Under the pieces are notes generated by a model, which was not told the origin of the DNA, ran no database searches, and saw only the letters and a program-made list of their open reading frames with translations. DNA of 63,318 bases, counting the filler. It is 6 parts of 6 records of this genome, joined end to end, with 100 filler letters (N's around TTAATTAATTAA, not from the genome) between each part and the next. Parts side by side here need not be neighbours in the genome. Positions count along the whole stretch, not along the records: positions 8,212 to 15,238 come from SRR31156797_13881; positions 15,339 to 26,408 come from SRR31156797_13883; 4 more parts are not named here. One strand, given 5' to 3'. Shown here piece after piece: positions 11,901 to 20,795 of this stretch. The first letter of the stretch is position 1, and every line of letters begins with the position of its first letter. Made by a program: the position numbers and the translations under genes.

Positions 11901-13048
11901 AGAAATTTAACTTACCTATGCCTCAATTCCGTAGCCAGGCGAAAGAACATTTAAACAATATTCTTATTTCTCATAAAGCCAAGAATAAGGTGGTTACCCA
12001 AAATAAAAATAAGGTAAAAGGTAGTAATGTAGTGCAAACTGCTTTAACTCCTCGAGGTCAGTTACATCTTGAAACTGTGTACGGTAAATCTCTTAAGTAT
12101 GAAACAAAAGAAGTGGCAGTGGGTGCTAAGTTTGATGCAGATACGATTGCTATGGTTGCTAATAAGGTATATAGAGAGGCTTTGTTGAAAAGGCTAACTG
12201 AAAATGGGAATGATCCTAAAAAAGCTTTTGTAGGTAAAAATAGTTGGGCAAAGAATCCTGTCAAATGTTCTAATAATACATATGTACCTGAAAAAGTGAA
12301 GCTGGTTTGGCTCGATAAGCAATATACTATACGAAAAGATATTACTCCGGATTTAAAGATTGATAAAGTTATAGACAAAGGCATTCAGACTTTGTTGAAG
12401 AAAAGGCTGGAACAATATGATGGTGATGCCAAAGACGCTTTTTCAGATTTAAAGAAAAATCCAATTTGGTTGAATAAAGAAAAAGGTATCTCGATAAAAA
12501 GAGTTACGATATTGGGCATTAATAATGCAGAAGCCTTACATATTAAAAGAAATCATTTTGGAAAGCCTGTATTAAATAAGCAAGGAAAACAGGAGCCGGT
12601 TAGCTTTGTAAATACAGGTAATAATCACCATGTAGCCATTTATAAAGACGCAAAAGGAAACCTGCAAGAAGAAGTAGTTTCGTTTTATGAAGCTGTAGCT
12701 CGCGTAAATGCAAATGTGCCTGTTATAAAAACGGAACATGAAAACGGGTGGCAGTTCTTATTCTCTATGAAACAAAACGAAATGTTTGTTTTCCCTTCAA
12801 ATGATTTTAATCCAAAAGAAATAGATTTATTAAACCCGGATAATTATGGTTTAATAAGTCCTCATTTGTATAGGGTACAAAAGTTTACAAATAAGGATTA
12901 TTTTTTTAGGCATCATTTAGAAACCAATGTTGAGAATAATAAGCAAACCTGCAATGTGGCCTGGAAAAGAGAAGGATTGAAAGGGATTTTGGGAATTGTA
13001 AAAGTAAGAATCAATCATTTAGGTAAAATAGTTTTTGTAGGCGAATAG
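8945..13048 (+). CDS. cas9: Type II-C CRISPR endonuclease Cas9
   Basis: 1367 aa; RuvC-I ILGLDLGTTSIGWA, bridge helix RTLKRGARRNLDRYQQRR, LRNPVVEK, RuvC-II IRIELARE, HNH DIEHIIPKARLFDDSFSNK and RuvC-III DHRHHAMDAL; cas1 and cas2 present with no csn2 or cas4 in the contig. Confidence 0.98.
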   Translation: MRKILGLDLGTTSIGWAFVHEAESEDEESKIVRLGVRVNPLSTDEQQDFEKGKSITVNADRTLKRGARRNLDRYQQRRAELISLLKKAGLITDNTILTENGKFTTHQTLQLRAKAASDKIEQEELARVLLAINKKRGYKSSRKAKSEDEGAVIDGMEVAMQLYEHNLTPGQFCLQLLEKGKKVMPDFYRSDLKAEFDKIWNFQKGHYPDVLTDELYKALDGQGQQNTRKRFLAIKDVYTADNKGTRDSKKITAYTWRSKAVREKLDMSEVAYVLTEINNDLNKSSGYLGAISDRSKELYFNKETVGQNLYGQIKNNPHTRLKGQVFYRQDYLDEFERIWETQKQFHPELSQELKSAIRDTVIFYQRRLKSQKGLISFCELENKQIELEIEGKKKIKTIGMRVAPKSSPLFQEFKIWQILANVEAKNLKSKEILKLNQEQKQLLFNELNVKGHLTKAQALSMISDNAKEWDLNYKILEGNKTNQAFYETYQSILRHEGNDAIDFNKLKVAEIKEAVENIFNSLGINTKILDFDAELDGKAFENQPFYQLWHLLYSYEGDNSNTGNDSLFKKLEEKFGFKKEHAQYLVNVDLPDDYGSLSTKAIRNIFPYIKENNYSDACALAGYNHSNSITKEENEKRTLKDRLELLPKNSLRNPVVEKILNQMVNVVNAIIDDEELGKPDEIRIELARELKKNAKERAEMTQNINKAKTEHEVIRNKLKKEFNIAYPTRNDIIRYRLYQELKSEGYKTLYTNQYISPEQLFSKEIDIEHIIPKARLFDDSFSNKTLEFRQANIDKSDETAYDFVSDNYGEAALETYKSRVQNLYKLNEISKAKYQKLLKTSDEIGEGFIERDLRESQYIAKKAKQMLLELCRTVVSTSGSITDVLREDWGLINTMKELNLEKYKMLGLTEIHENRDGKKIERIKDWTKRNDHRHHAMDALTVAFTKHNHIQYLNNLHARKNEQHKAHGNIIAIEKKELFRDDNGKKKFNLPMPQFRSQAKEHLNNILISHKAKNKVVTQNKNKVKGSNVVQTALTPRGQLHLETVYGKSLKYETKEVAVGAKFDADTIAMVANKVYREALLKRLTENGNDPKKAFVGKNSWAKNPVKCSNNTYVPEKVKLVWLDKQYTIRKDITPDLKIDKVIDKGIQTLLKKRLEQYDGDAKDAFSDLKKNPIWLNKEKGISIKRVTILGINNAEALHIKRNHFGKPVLNKQGKQEPVSFVNTGNNHHVAIYKDAKGNLQEEVVSFYEAVARVNANVPVIKTEHENGWQFLFSMKQNEMFVFPSNDFNPKEIDLLNPDNYGLISPHLYRVQKFTNKDYFFRHHLETNVENNKQTCNVAWKREGLKGILGIVKVRINHLGKIVFVGE

Positions 13049-13054
13049 CCTTAC

Positions 13055-13085
13055 AGCGGTTTTCGCCAGTTTTGGCGAAACCGCT
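13055..13085. repeat. REP-like GC-rich hairpin, copy 1
   Basis: AGCGGTTTTCGCCA-GTTT-TGGCGAAACCGCT, starting just after the cas9 stop. Confidence 0.8.
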
Positions 13086-13119
13086 AATAAATAAAATACA
13101 AACTAAAACTTTTTCAACC

Positions 13120-13719
13120 ATGCCAGCTCGTAACTTTAGAATACCTATAGAGGAAAATAAATTTTACCACGTATGGAATCGTGGCAATAATCGTGAAAAT
13201 CTGTTCTATAATTCCGGGAACTACGAGTATTTTATCCGCTTATACGATTATTATATGGATGCAGTGGTAGAAACCTATGCCTTTGTTTTGCTGCCGAATC
13301 ACTTCCATTTTTTAATACGTACCAAGCAGTTTCGCTATGCTAGCGAAACCGCTAAGTTAAATATGAATCCGGTTAGTGCTGCCTTTCGAAAATTATTTAC
13401 AGCTTACTCGCAGGCCATCAACATACAGCAAAAAAGAACCGGTAGTTTGTTTCAAAAGCCATTTAAGCGTTTAGAAGTAAAAACAACCATGCAGTTGGCT
13501 AACTTGGCTCATTATATCCATACCAATCCTCAAAAACACGGTATTTGCAGCGACTTTAGGTATTATGCCTGGAGTAGCTATGAAAGAATAATTAAAAACA
13601 AACCTTCGAAGCTAAAGAAAGATGAAGTACTGCAATGGTTCGGTAATACTAACAATTACTTACATTTTCATACAAAAGAAATTGATTTAGAAGTTTTAAA
13701 AAGCCTGATGATAGAATAG
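13120..13719 (+). mobile_element. Y1 HUH transposase, RAYT / IS200-IS605 TnpA-like (199 aa)
   Basis: FYHVWNRGNNRENLF, AFVLLPNHFHFLI (HUH), RTGSLFQKPFKR, YIHTNPQKHG (catalytic Tyr plus NP) and YAWSSY motifs. Confidence 0.92.
13325..13353. repeat. REP-like hairpin, copy 2, inside the transposase ORF
   Basis: AGCAGTTTCGCTA-TGC-TAGCGAAACCGCT; shares GCGAAACCGCTAA with copy 1. Confidence 0.8.
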
Positions 13720-13842
13720 ATTATTTAGTTTGTTTATCAATTACTCATATTGATTAGTCAATGTTATGTATGTAGATATCAATATGTTTTAGTTATCTCA
13801 ATTGGGTGTTCGTATTGTAGGTAGAACCTTAAATTAGTTACA

Positions 13843-14745
13843 ATGATTAAGCGAACCCTTTATTTTGGTAATCCTGCCTATCTGCACAAAAGCAATCTAC
13901 AATTAAAAGTACTAGAACCTAAATCACATCATGAATTAGGGAGTATTCCTATAGAAGATGTAGCTGTAGTGTTACTCGACCATCCCCAAATAACGATAAC
14001 TCATGCACTGATGGCTAGTTTACTAGAAAGAAACACAGCTATTATTAGTTGTGATACTAAGCATATGCCTACGGGTTTAATGTTACCTCTTGATGGAAAC
14101 ACGCTACAGTCGGAGCGCTTTAAGCACCAAATAGATGCCAGCGAGCCATTAAAGAAAAATCTTTGGCAACAAACAGTTAAAGCAAAAATAGAGAATCAAG
14201 CAGCATTGTTTCAACGTTTTGCATTAGATAATAGGCGTTTAAAAGCATTGATTCCCCAAATTCAAAGTGGAGATCCTGACAATGTGGAAGGCAGAGCAGC
14301 CTCGGTTTATTGGAAACTCTTGTTTGAAAATGAAAGTTTTACTCGTAATAGGTACGGAGAAGCACCTAATGCGCATTTAAACTATTGCTATGCTATTTTA
14401 CGTTCAATAGTTGCACGAGCCTTAGTATCTAGTGGTTTACTTCCTACTTTAGGTATTTTTCATCGAAATAAGTACAATGCTTATTGTTTGGCCGACGATA
14501 TTATGGAACCCTATCGTCCTTTTTGCGATGAACTGGTGTATGGTATGTGGTTAAATGGAGAAATTGTTAATGACGAAATAAACCGGGATCAAAAGGCAAA
14601 ACTGTTGAGTATTGCCAATGTAGATGTGCTATTTGATAAACAAAAAAGCCCATTGATGGTAGGTTTGAGTCGATCAACTAATTCCTTATTAGAATGCTTT
14701 AAGGGAGAACGCCGAAAAATAATTTATCCAACTTTTCATAGTTAA
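13843..14745 (+). CDS. cas1: Type II CRISPR-associated integrase Cas1
   Basis: MIKRTLYFGNPAYL, IPIEDVAVVLLD, NVEGRAA, LNYCYAILR, LGIFHRNKYNAYCLADDIMEPYRP. Confidence 0.97.
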   Translation: MIKRTLYFGNPAYLHKSNLQLKVLEPKSHHELGSIPIEDVAVVLLDHPQITITHALMASLLERNTAIISCDTKHMPTGLMLPLDGNTLQSERFKHQIDASEPLKKNLWQQTVKAKIENQAALFQRFALDNRRLKALIPQIQSGDPDNVEGRAASVYWKLLFENESFTRNRYGEAPNAHLNYCYAILRSIVARALVSSGLLPTLGIFHRNKYNAYCLADDIMEPYRPFCDELVYGMWLNGEIVNDEINRDQKAKLLSIANVDVLFDKQKSPLMVGLSRSTNSLLECFKGERRKIIYPTFHS

Positions 14746-15090
14746 ATGCCAATGTCATTCGAAGCTATTAATCAATATCGTAATATGTGGGTACTTGTTC
14801 TTTTTGATATTCCGGTTGAAACTAAAAAACAAAGAAAGGCGGCCACAAAATTCCGCAAACAATTAGTTCAGGATGGTTTTGCTATGTTTCAGTTTTCCAT
14901 TTATATGCGTAACTGTCCCAGCAGAGAAAACGCTGATGTACATATTAAAAGGGTCAAATCAATGTTGCCGGAGTATGGTCATATAGGTGTATTGAAAATT
15001 ACAGATAAACAGTTTGGAATGATGGAACTCTTCTACAGTAAGAAGCCGGCAGAGAAACCTCAGGTAGTACAACAGCTACAACTTTTTTAA
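14746..15090 (+). CDS. cas2: CRISPR-associated protein Cas2
   Basis: [46 protein letters not shown]. Confidence 0.97.
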   Translation: MPMSFEAINQYRNMWVLVLFDIPVETKKQRKAATKFRKQLVQDGFAMFQFSIYMRNCPSRENADVHIKRVKSMLPEYGHIGVLKITDKQFGMMELFYSKKPAEKPQVVQQLQLF

Positions 15091-15120
15091 CTGAATTTAG
15101 AGTCAGGGAATTGCCTTATA

Positions 15121-15160
15121 AAAATAAAATCCGAACCAAATTTTGGTCGGATTTTATTTT
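15121..15160. terminator. Bidirectional terminator-like hairpin after cas2
   Basis: AAAATAAAATCCGAACCAAA-T-TTTGGTCGGATTTTATTTT. Confidence 0.75.
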
Positions 15161-15210
15161 CTACCGTCTTTGCTAACTGTTTGTGAATTTTAAAGTTGCG
15201 GGCAATACCA

Positions 15211-15238
15211 TGTCAAAGACCGCATTAAATATACAATT
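15211..15238 (-). CRISPR. Probable truncated first CRISPR repeat; the array itself is not assembled
   Basis: Contig ends ...ATTAAATATACAATT, and its last 8 nt (ATACAATT) equal the first 8 nt of the tracrRNA anti-repeat. The position after cas2 is where a II-C array is expected. The left boundary is estimated. Confidence 0.5.
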
Positions 15239-15338
15239 NNNNNNNNNNNNNNNNNNNNNNNNNNNNNNNNNNNNNNNNNNNNTTAATTAATTAANNNNNN
15301 NNNNNNNNNNNNNNNNNNNNNNNNNNNNNNNNNNNNNN
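15239..15338. other. Artificial contig-join spacer
   Basis: N run containing TTAATTAATTAA. Confidence 0.98.
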
Positions 15339-16226
15339 CCCGTAAGAATACCAGGATCCGCTTTTTTCAACTATGCCGGCGGCCACGCCCATATCGACCA
15401 GGTCGCCTTCCTTGGATATGCCCCGGCCGTAAAGGATGTCGAATTCCGCTTCCTTGAAAGGAGGCGCGATCTTGTTTTTAACCACCTTGACCCTGGTCCG
15501 GTTGCCGATGTTTTCCTGGCCGGCCTTCAGGGCGGCGATGCGGCGGATATCCAGGCGCATGGTGGAATAAAATTTAAGGGCATTGCCGCCTGTAGTCGTT
15601 TCCGGGCTGCCGAACATGACCCCGATTTTCATCCTGATCTGGTTGATGAAAATGACGGAGGTCAATGATTTGGAAATGGCCGCGGTCAGCTTTCTCAGGG
15701 CCTGGGACATGAGTCGGGCCTGAAGCCCCACATGGGTGTCGCCCATTTCGCCTTCAATTTCAGCCCTGGGCACCAGGGCGGCCACCGAGTCGACCACGAG
15801 AACATCGACCGCGCCGCTGCGAACGAGTATTTCAGCTATTTCCAGGGCCTGCTCCCCGGTATCGGGCTGAGAAATCAGCAGGTCATCGGTTTTAACGCCC
15901 AGTTTGCGGGCATAAGATACATCCAGGGCGTGTTCGGCGTCTATGAATGCGGCCACGCCGCCCTGCTTCTGGGCTTCGGCGACAACGTGAAGAGTCAGCG
16001 TGGTTTTTCCCGATGATTCAGGGCCGTATATTTCAATAACCCGGCCTCTCGGAATGCCTCCAATACCCAGGGCTACATCCAGGGCCAATGAGCCGGTCGG
16101 AATTGCGGGTATGTCGTTTATGCGCTCCCCGTCTCCCAATTTCATAATGGAGCCCTTGCCGAACTCCTTTTCTATCTGGCTTATGGCCATGTCAATGGCT
16201 CGATCTTTGTCCTGCGACTTGGTCAT
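15339..16226 (-). CDS. recA: Recombinase RecA (3' truncated)
   Basis: [47 protein letters not shown]. Confidence 0.98.
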
Positions 16227-16245
16227 AATGATTCCTCCGTTGCCT

Positions 16246-16818
16246 TCAGGCCTGTATGTTTCCCGTAAGGGGCAGTTTATGCAACGCCGTGTATACCGCG
16301 CCGCCTGGTTTAAGGTCGCTTTTAAATAGAATTAATTCACGGGCTTCAATGGCCAACTCCCGGGGCTTTGTTTTTTCCAGTTCGCTCATCAGGCGGCCTT
16401 TGCCGCGGCTGGACCGAACCCTTCCCAAGGTCAGGTGAGGCTTGAAAGCCCTTTTTTCAGGAATATACCCGAATTCCGAAGCCGCGCACTCCACCAGCTT
16501 GTGCAAGTTCGAAAGTTCTTTTGTTTCCCCGCCCAATCCGAGCCAGACAACCCGGGGCCTGTTTCTGTTGGGGAAGACCCCGACGCCGTCAATATTCAAC
16601 TTGACAGGCGAACATGAGGCGACGGCTTCGGCGACTTTGGCGGCCAGCGGACCGATTGTATCCTCGGGCGTATCGCCCAGAAATTTGAGCGTCAAATGCA
16701 CGCTTTGCGGGCGCACCCATTTTACATCCGCATCCACGCGCTTCAGCACGGCCTGCAAACGGCCGATTTCCTCCTTGACCGATTCGGGGAGGTCAATTGC
16801 TATAAAGGAACGAATCAT
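16246..16818 (-). CDS. thpR: RNA 2',3'-cyclic phosphodiesterase (2H family)
   Basis: Two HLT motifs ([15 protein letters not shown]); RSFIAIDLP start. Confidence 0.92.
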   Translation of the reverse strand: MIRSFIAIDLPESVKEEIGRLQAVLKRVDADVKWVRPQSVHLTLKFLGDTPEDTIGPLAAKVAEAVASCSPVKLNIDGVGVFPNRNRPRVVWLGLGGETKELSNLHKLVECAASEFGYIPEKRAFKPHLTLGRVRSSRGKGRLMSELEKTKPRELAIEARELILFKSDLKPGGAVYTALHKLPLTGNIQA

Positions 16819-18046
16819 CGTTCAAATACCGATGCAGCCAGCTCAGGGCCACGTAAGAAGTTAATATTGTGATATCATTGCGCATGCCGGAAAAATTGTA
16901 ACGTTTGACCCTACAGGCGTTTTCGGCGGCCAGGGCGATGTAAACGGCGCCGACCGGTTTTTCCGGCGTTCCGCCGGTCGGACCGGCTATGCCCGTAGTG
17001 GCCAATCCCAGGTCTGTGCCGCTTTTTTCACGGATTCCCTTGGCCATGCGAATCGCGGTCTGTTCGCTTACCGCGCCATGTTGTTCTATAATTTCCTCTG
17101 GAACGCCCAGCAATTCCTGCTTTGCCCTGTTGCTGTAGGCCACAATACCCCGTTCAAAATAGTTGGAACTGCCGGACACGGACGTAAGCCTCCGTGCAAT
17201 AAGACCTCCGGTGCAGGATTCGGCTGTGGCAATAGTCAATCCGCGCTTTGTGAGAAGTTCGCCCACGGTTTCTTCAATACCGGCCTCGCCGCGGGCCACA
17301 ATATATCGCCCGAGCCTTTGTTCCACTTCGGATTCAACATCGTTCAATATTTTTTCCGCATCCGCCTCGCTTTCCGCCCGGACGGTCAGGGAAAGGTGGT
17401 TTTCAGGGAAATTAGGATAAAAGCCAATGGACAAGCCGTCAAACCCTTCTCCCGCACCCTTGATTATTTCTCCGATTCGCGCTTCCTGGAGTCCGAAAAT
17501 TTTCAGAATCCGCTGCTTGATGACAACCTTTTCTCCGATGATTTCCATGATAAGGGGCAGAACCCTTGTTTCGGCCAGGCGTTTGACTTCCGCGGGCACG
17601 CCGGGAAGAAAAAACACGGGGATTTGGCCATGCATTATATAAAATCCACAAGCCACATGGGGATCTATGAAGCAGGCGCCTTCCGGTATCAGCGCGAACT
17701 TTCTATAGGTCTCAATCCAGGGCAAATGCTTTTCTTCCAGGGTTTTTCTCAATGATTCAATCAGGTTCTTATCTTCGATCAAGGGAAGATCGAAAAAGTC
17801 CGCGGCCACGCCGGCTGTAATATCGTCGTCAGTCGGCCCGAGACCTCCGCTGACCAGGACAAAACGCGACCGCGACAAAGCCCTTCTGAGGACGTCTTTT
17901 ATCTGCTCGGGGTCGTCTCCCACGGAAGATATGTTCTTTATGGTCAGGCCGAGCGATGAGAGGCGTGCGGCGAGAAAAAAGGAGTTTTGATCAGCCACCC
18001 TCCCTGATATCAATTCATCGCCTATTGTAATTATCTCGCCATACAT
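16793..18046 (-). CDS. cinA: CinA (MoCF-like domain plus PncC NMN deamidase)
   Basis: IITIGDEL, SGGLGPTDDDIT, TAESCTGG, TGIAGPTGG. Confidence 0.93.
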   Translation of the reverse strand: MYGEIITIGDELISGRVADQNSFFLAARLSSLGLTIKNISSVGDDPEQIKDVLRRALSRSRFVLVSGGLGPTDDDITAGVAADFFDLPLIEDKNLIESLRKTLEEKHLPWIETYRKFALIPEGACFIDPHVACGFYIMHGQIPVFFLPGVPAEVKRLAETRVLPLIMEIIGEKVVIKQRILKIFGLQEARIGEIIKGAGEGFDGLSIGFYPNFPENHLSLTVRAESEADAEKILNDVESEVEQRLGRYIVARGEAGIEETVGELLTKRGLTIATAESCTGGLIARRLTSVSGSSNYFERGIVAYSNRAKQELLGVPEEIIEQHGAVSEQTAIRMAKGIREKSGTDLGLATTGIAGPTGGTPEKPVGAVYIALAAENACRVKRYNFSGMRNDITILTSYVALSWLHRYLNDDSFLYSN

Positions 18047-18050
18047 TATC

Positions 18051-18515
18051 TTACCAGGTCGATCTCCCCAAAACGGGCCAAAAATAAATAATTATATGCA
18101 AAGCCGCGGCTGCATAAACGCCGGCGGCCACGTCGTCCATAACCACGCCAAAGCCCCTGGGCCAACTTTTATCTATAGCCCGGCAGGGCCAGGGCTTTAA
18201 AATGTCGAAAAACCTGAAAAGGATAAACCCCAGGGCCGCGCTTGAAAACGAGGGCGCTATTCCAACCATAGTGACCATATATCCGACTACTTCATCAATG
18301 ACTATCTTTTTATCGTCATGTCCGCCGAATATTTTTTCTGCTCGATCAGCCGCAGCCACGGCCAGGCAAATCGCAGCCGCGGTTACGACCAGGTACGCCC
18401 ACAGCGGCAGTCGGCATACGGCCAGGTACAGGGGTATGCCGGCCAGGGTGCCGAATGTTCCCGGAGCAAATGGAATATAACCCAAGTATGCCCCAGTGCT
18501 AAGAAAAACTATCAA
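18051..18515 (-). CDS. pgpA: Phosphatidylglycerophosphatase A
   Basis: APGTFGT, IVIDEVVG, FRFFDILKPWP, GVVMDDVAAG. Confidence 0.93.
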   Translation of the reverse strand: MIVFLSTGAYLGYIPFAPGTFGTLAGIPLYLAVCRLPLWAYLVVTAAAICLAVAAADRAEKIFGGHDDKKIVIDEVVGYMVTMVGIAPSFSSAALGFILFRFFDILKPWPCRAIDKSWPRGFGVVMDDVAAGVYAAAALHIIIYFWPVLGRSTW

Positions 18516-18777
18516 GACCTCTACCGGCCCTTTTGCCGATGAAGATGTTATATCCCGTTCCTTTCCTTGTCCCGAAGCATACCGGCCGCGCAGAGGCGCC
18601 CGGCTTCGAGGAAGCGTCTATAACCTATATATTGTTGGTCAAATTTGTCAAGTACGACCGGTTGAAGTGAAAACGTTTGACGGATTGAACTGAAATTCGG
18701 GGCCCTGCGGTTGTGTAATACCTTAAGATTCCCGCGCCCTGACTAATGCTGTTCCAAAATAATATTTTACTTTTTAA

Positions 18778-18834
18778 TTGACAACAATTAAAACAATGTT
18801 TTAAATATAGTCAATTATCAAAACATTGTCTCAA
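18778..18834 (+). promoter_or_regulatory. Promoter with paired palindromic operators upstream of the amidohydrolase
   Basis: TTGACA at 18778, perfect TTAAAACA-A-TGTTTTAA at 18788-18804 and degenerate TCAAAACA-T-TGTCTCAA at 18818-18834. Confidence 0.55.
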
Positions 18835-18969
18835 GATTAAGAAATGTGAACAACATCACGTGCGGATTGAACGGTCCTCAACCGCATGCGGATGCATTTT
18901 AAGCTGCGCCCGAGGCAAATGCCAAAAAAGGGCGATAATCCAAATTATCTTAATAATGGAGGGGTTTAG

Positions 18970-19941
18970 ATGGGATACGATTACCAAATTATTGACGCGC
19001 TTTGTTATTTACCCACGGAAGAAGTAATGGTCGACCTGGTTGCTTCCCTGCCGCCTCAAATGGCCAGGTACCTCAAGGACGTATTCGGTCCCAGGATAGC
19101 CCCGCTATTGGGTATAACCGCCGAAGAACTTTACAGGATGAAGGTCTCCATGAGTCAGGAAGAACTAAAAAAGACCATCGCCCCGCTCATGAGGCCCATG
19201 ACGACATCCGTGGAAAAATTCGTCAGTCAATTGGAGGAAATGAAGGTTGAAAAGGCGGTAATTTTCAACCTGGATGAAGAAACGCCCAGCGGCCTGACCG
19301 GCCTTCCCAACGATTATTATGCCGATATTGTTAGAAAATATCCTGACAAGTTCATTGGAATCGCCGGCATTGACCCGCTCAAGGGGATGGATGCGGTCAG
19401 GGAAATACGTCGTTCTTACGACCTGGGATTAAGAGGCGTCGCCGTGCGGCCCTTCATGTTCGACCTTCCGCCCAACCACGCCAAAATGTACCCGATTTAT
19501 TCCACCTGCGTGGAGTTGGACATTCCCATCTGGTTTCATCTTTCCATCAATTATTCCAGCAGGTCCATGGAAGTGGAGCGCCCCATATACCTGGACCTTG
19601 TGGCGCAGGATTTTCCCGAATTGAAAATGATAGCCGGACACGGCGGCTGGCCCTGGGTGGCGGAAATGATGGCCGTGGCCTGGAGGAATCCGAACATATA
19701 TGTTGACATTGCCTCATATATTCCCAAATATATCGGCATGCCCGGCAGCGGTTGGGAGCCGCTGATGCAGTTTGGAAACAGCATACTGCAGGACAGGGTA
19801 TTATTCGGTTCAACCTGGTTGTTCATGGGGTTGTCCATACAGGACCTGGCCGAAGGGGTGCTGGAGCTTCCTCTCAAGGAAGAGGTAAAACAGAAATGGC
19901 TGCACGGCAATGCGGCCAACTTATTCGGTTTAAAACAGTAA
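18970..19941 (+). CDS. Amidohydrolase_2 family protein (divergent active site)
   Basis: YPDKFIGIAGIDP, AQDFPELKMIAGHGGWPW, NIYVDIAS, DRVLFGS, KWLHGNAANLF. Confidence 0.85.
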   Translation: MGYDYQIIDALCYLPTEEVMVDLVASLPPQMARYLKDVFGPRIAPLLGITAEELYRMKVSMSQEELKKTIAPLMRPMTTSVEKFVSQLEEMKVEKAVIFNLDEETPSGLTGLPNDYYADIVRKYPDKFIGIAGIDPLKGMDAVREIRRSYDLGLRGVAVRPFMFDLPPNHAKMYPIYSTCVELDIPIWFHLSINYSSRSMEVERPIYLDLVAQDFPELKMIAGHGGWPWVAEMMAVAWRNPNIYVDIASYIPKYIGMPGSGWEPLMQFGNSILQDRVLFGSTWLFMGLSIQDLAEGVLELPLKEEVKQKWLHGNAANLFGLKQ

Positions 19942-20061
19942 GTAGCTGAGCTGCATCTACAGTGCAGCTTACATATTGAAGTAACAAAGCTTTTAAGATG
20001 TCATACGCTTTCGAACCGAGCTTTGTTCCTTGGGAGTTATACTGGGCGTCGGAGACAAATA

Positions 20062-20772
20062 ATGAGTGTTGTTAAATGGGAAAAAGACGATTCATTAGCC
20101 ATTATCCATATGACGAATGGGGAAAACAGGCATAACCTTGTTTTCACGGAAGAAATGAATGCGGTAATGGAGGAGATAGAAGCGGACCGCGACATAAGGG
20201 GAGCGGTGTTGACGTCTTCGGATCCCAAGTACTGGTCGAACGGCGTTGATGTGGATTGGATGATAGGCCGCCTGGGAGATCGCGACTATCAATCGGTCAA
20301 GAATTTTCTTTATGAAGTAAATGAAGTCTTTAAAAAGTTCCTGACCTGTCCTTTTCCCGTTATCGCGGCCATAAACGGCCATGTCGCCGCCAACGGCCTG
20401 GTATTGGCCTGCGCCTGCGACTTTCGCTTTATGCGGGCGGACAGGGGTTTTTGCCTTTTCCCGGAAGTCGACCTGGGCATTCCGTTTCTGCCGGGCATGA
20501 TTGAAATCACAAAAAAAGGCATCCCGCTGTATTTATTTGAGGAGTTGAAGTACACCGGCAAAAGAATAACGGCCAGGGAGATGAAAGAACATCACATTGT
20601 AATGGAGACGCCCGACGGCCGGGAAGCCGTTTTGGAAAGGGCTCTGGAGTTCGCCCGTTCGTTTAATAAGGAAAGGGCCATATTCGGAGAAATGAAACGC
20701 AGGATGAACAGGAGCATTTTAGCGGTTTTGGACTCCGAAGATCCTGCTTATATTGAGGCTTTGAACCCATAG
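20062..20772 (+). CDS. Crotonase-family protein, probably a delta3,delta2-enoyl-CoA isomerase
   Basis: YWSNGVD, PVIAAINGHVAANGLVLACACDFR, FPEVDLGIP; only one of the two crotonase catalytic Glu positions is occupied. Confidence 0.85.
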   Translation: MSVVKWEKDDSLAIIHMTNGENRHNLVFTEEMNAVMEEIEADRDIRGAVLTSSDPKYWSNGVDVDWMIGRLGDRDYQSVKNFLYEVNEVFKKFLTCPFPVIAAINGHVAANGLVLACACDFRFMRADRGFCLFPEVDLGIPFLPGMIEITKKGIPLYLFEELKYTGKRITAREMKEHHIVMETPDGREAVLERALEFARSFNKERAIFGEMKRRMNRSILAVLDSEDPAYIEALNP

Positions 20773-20795
20773 GCTTTGTAGGGATCGGACTGACA

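Noticed and set aside
13072-13119. TTG start for the transposase given in the ORF track
   Set aside because: It lies inside the hairpin; the ATG at 13120 fits the family N-terminus better.
13720-13842. Right end of the transposase element, or IHF sites before cas1
   Set aside because: There is no copy of the REP hairpin, and the ATCAA-containing words are imperfect matches expected by chance in AT-rich DNA.
15179-15190. GTTTGTGAATTT as a degenerate CRISPR repeat
   Set aside because: Only about 9 nt match, in AT-rich DNA, and in the opposite orientation to the inferred array.
14746-16818. recA and thpR as CRISPR-associated genes next to cas2
   Set aside because: They are separated by an artificial spacer and a clear GC shift, so they belong to a different contig.
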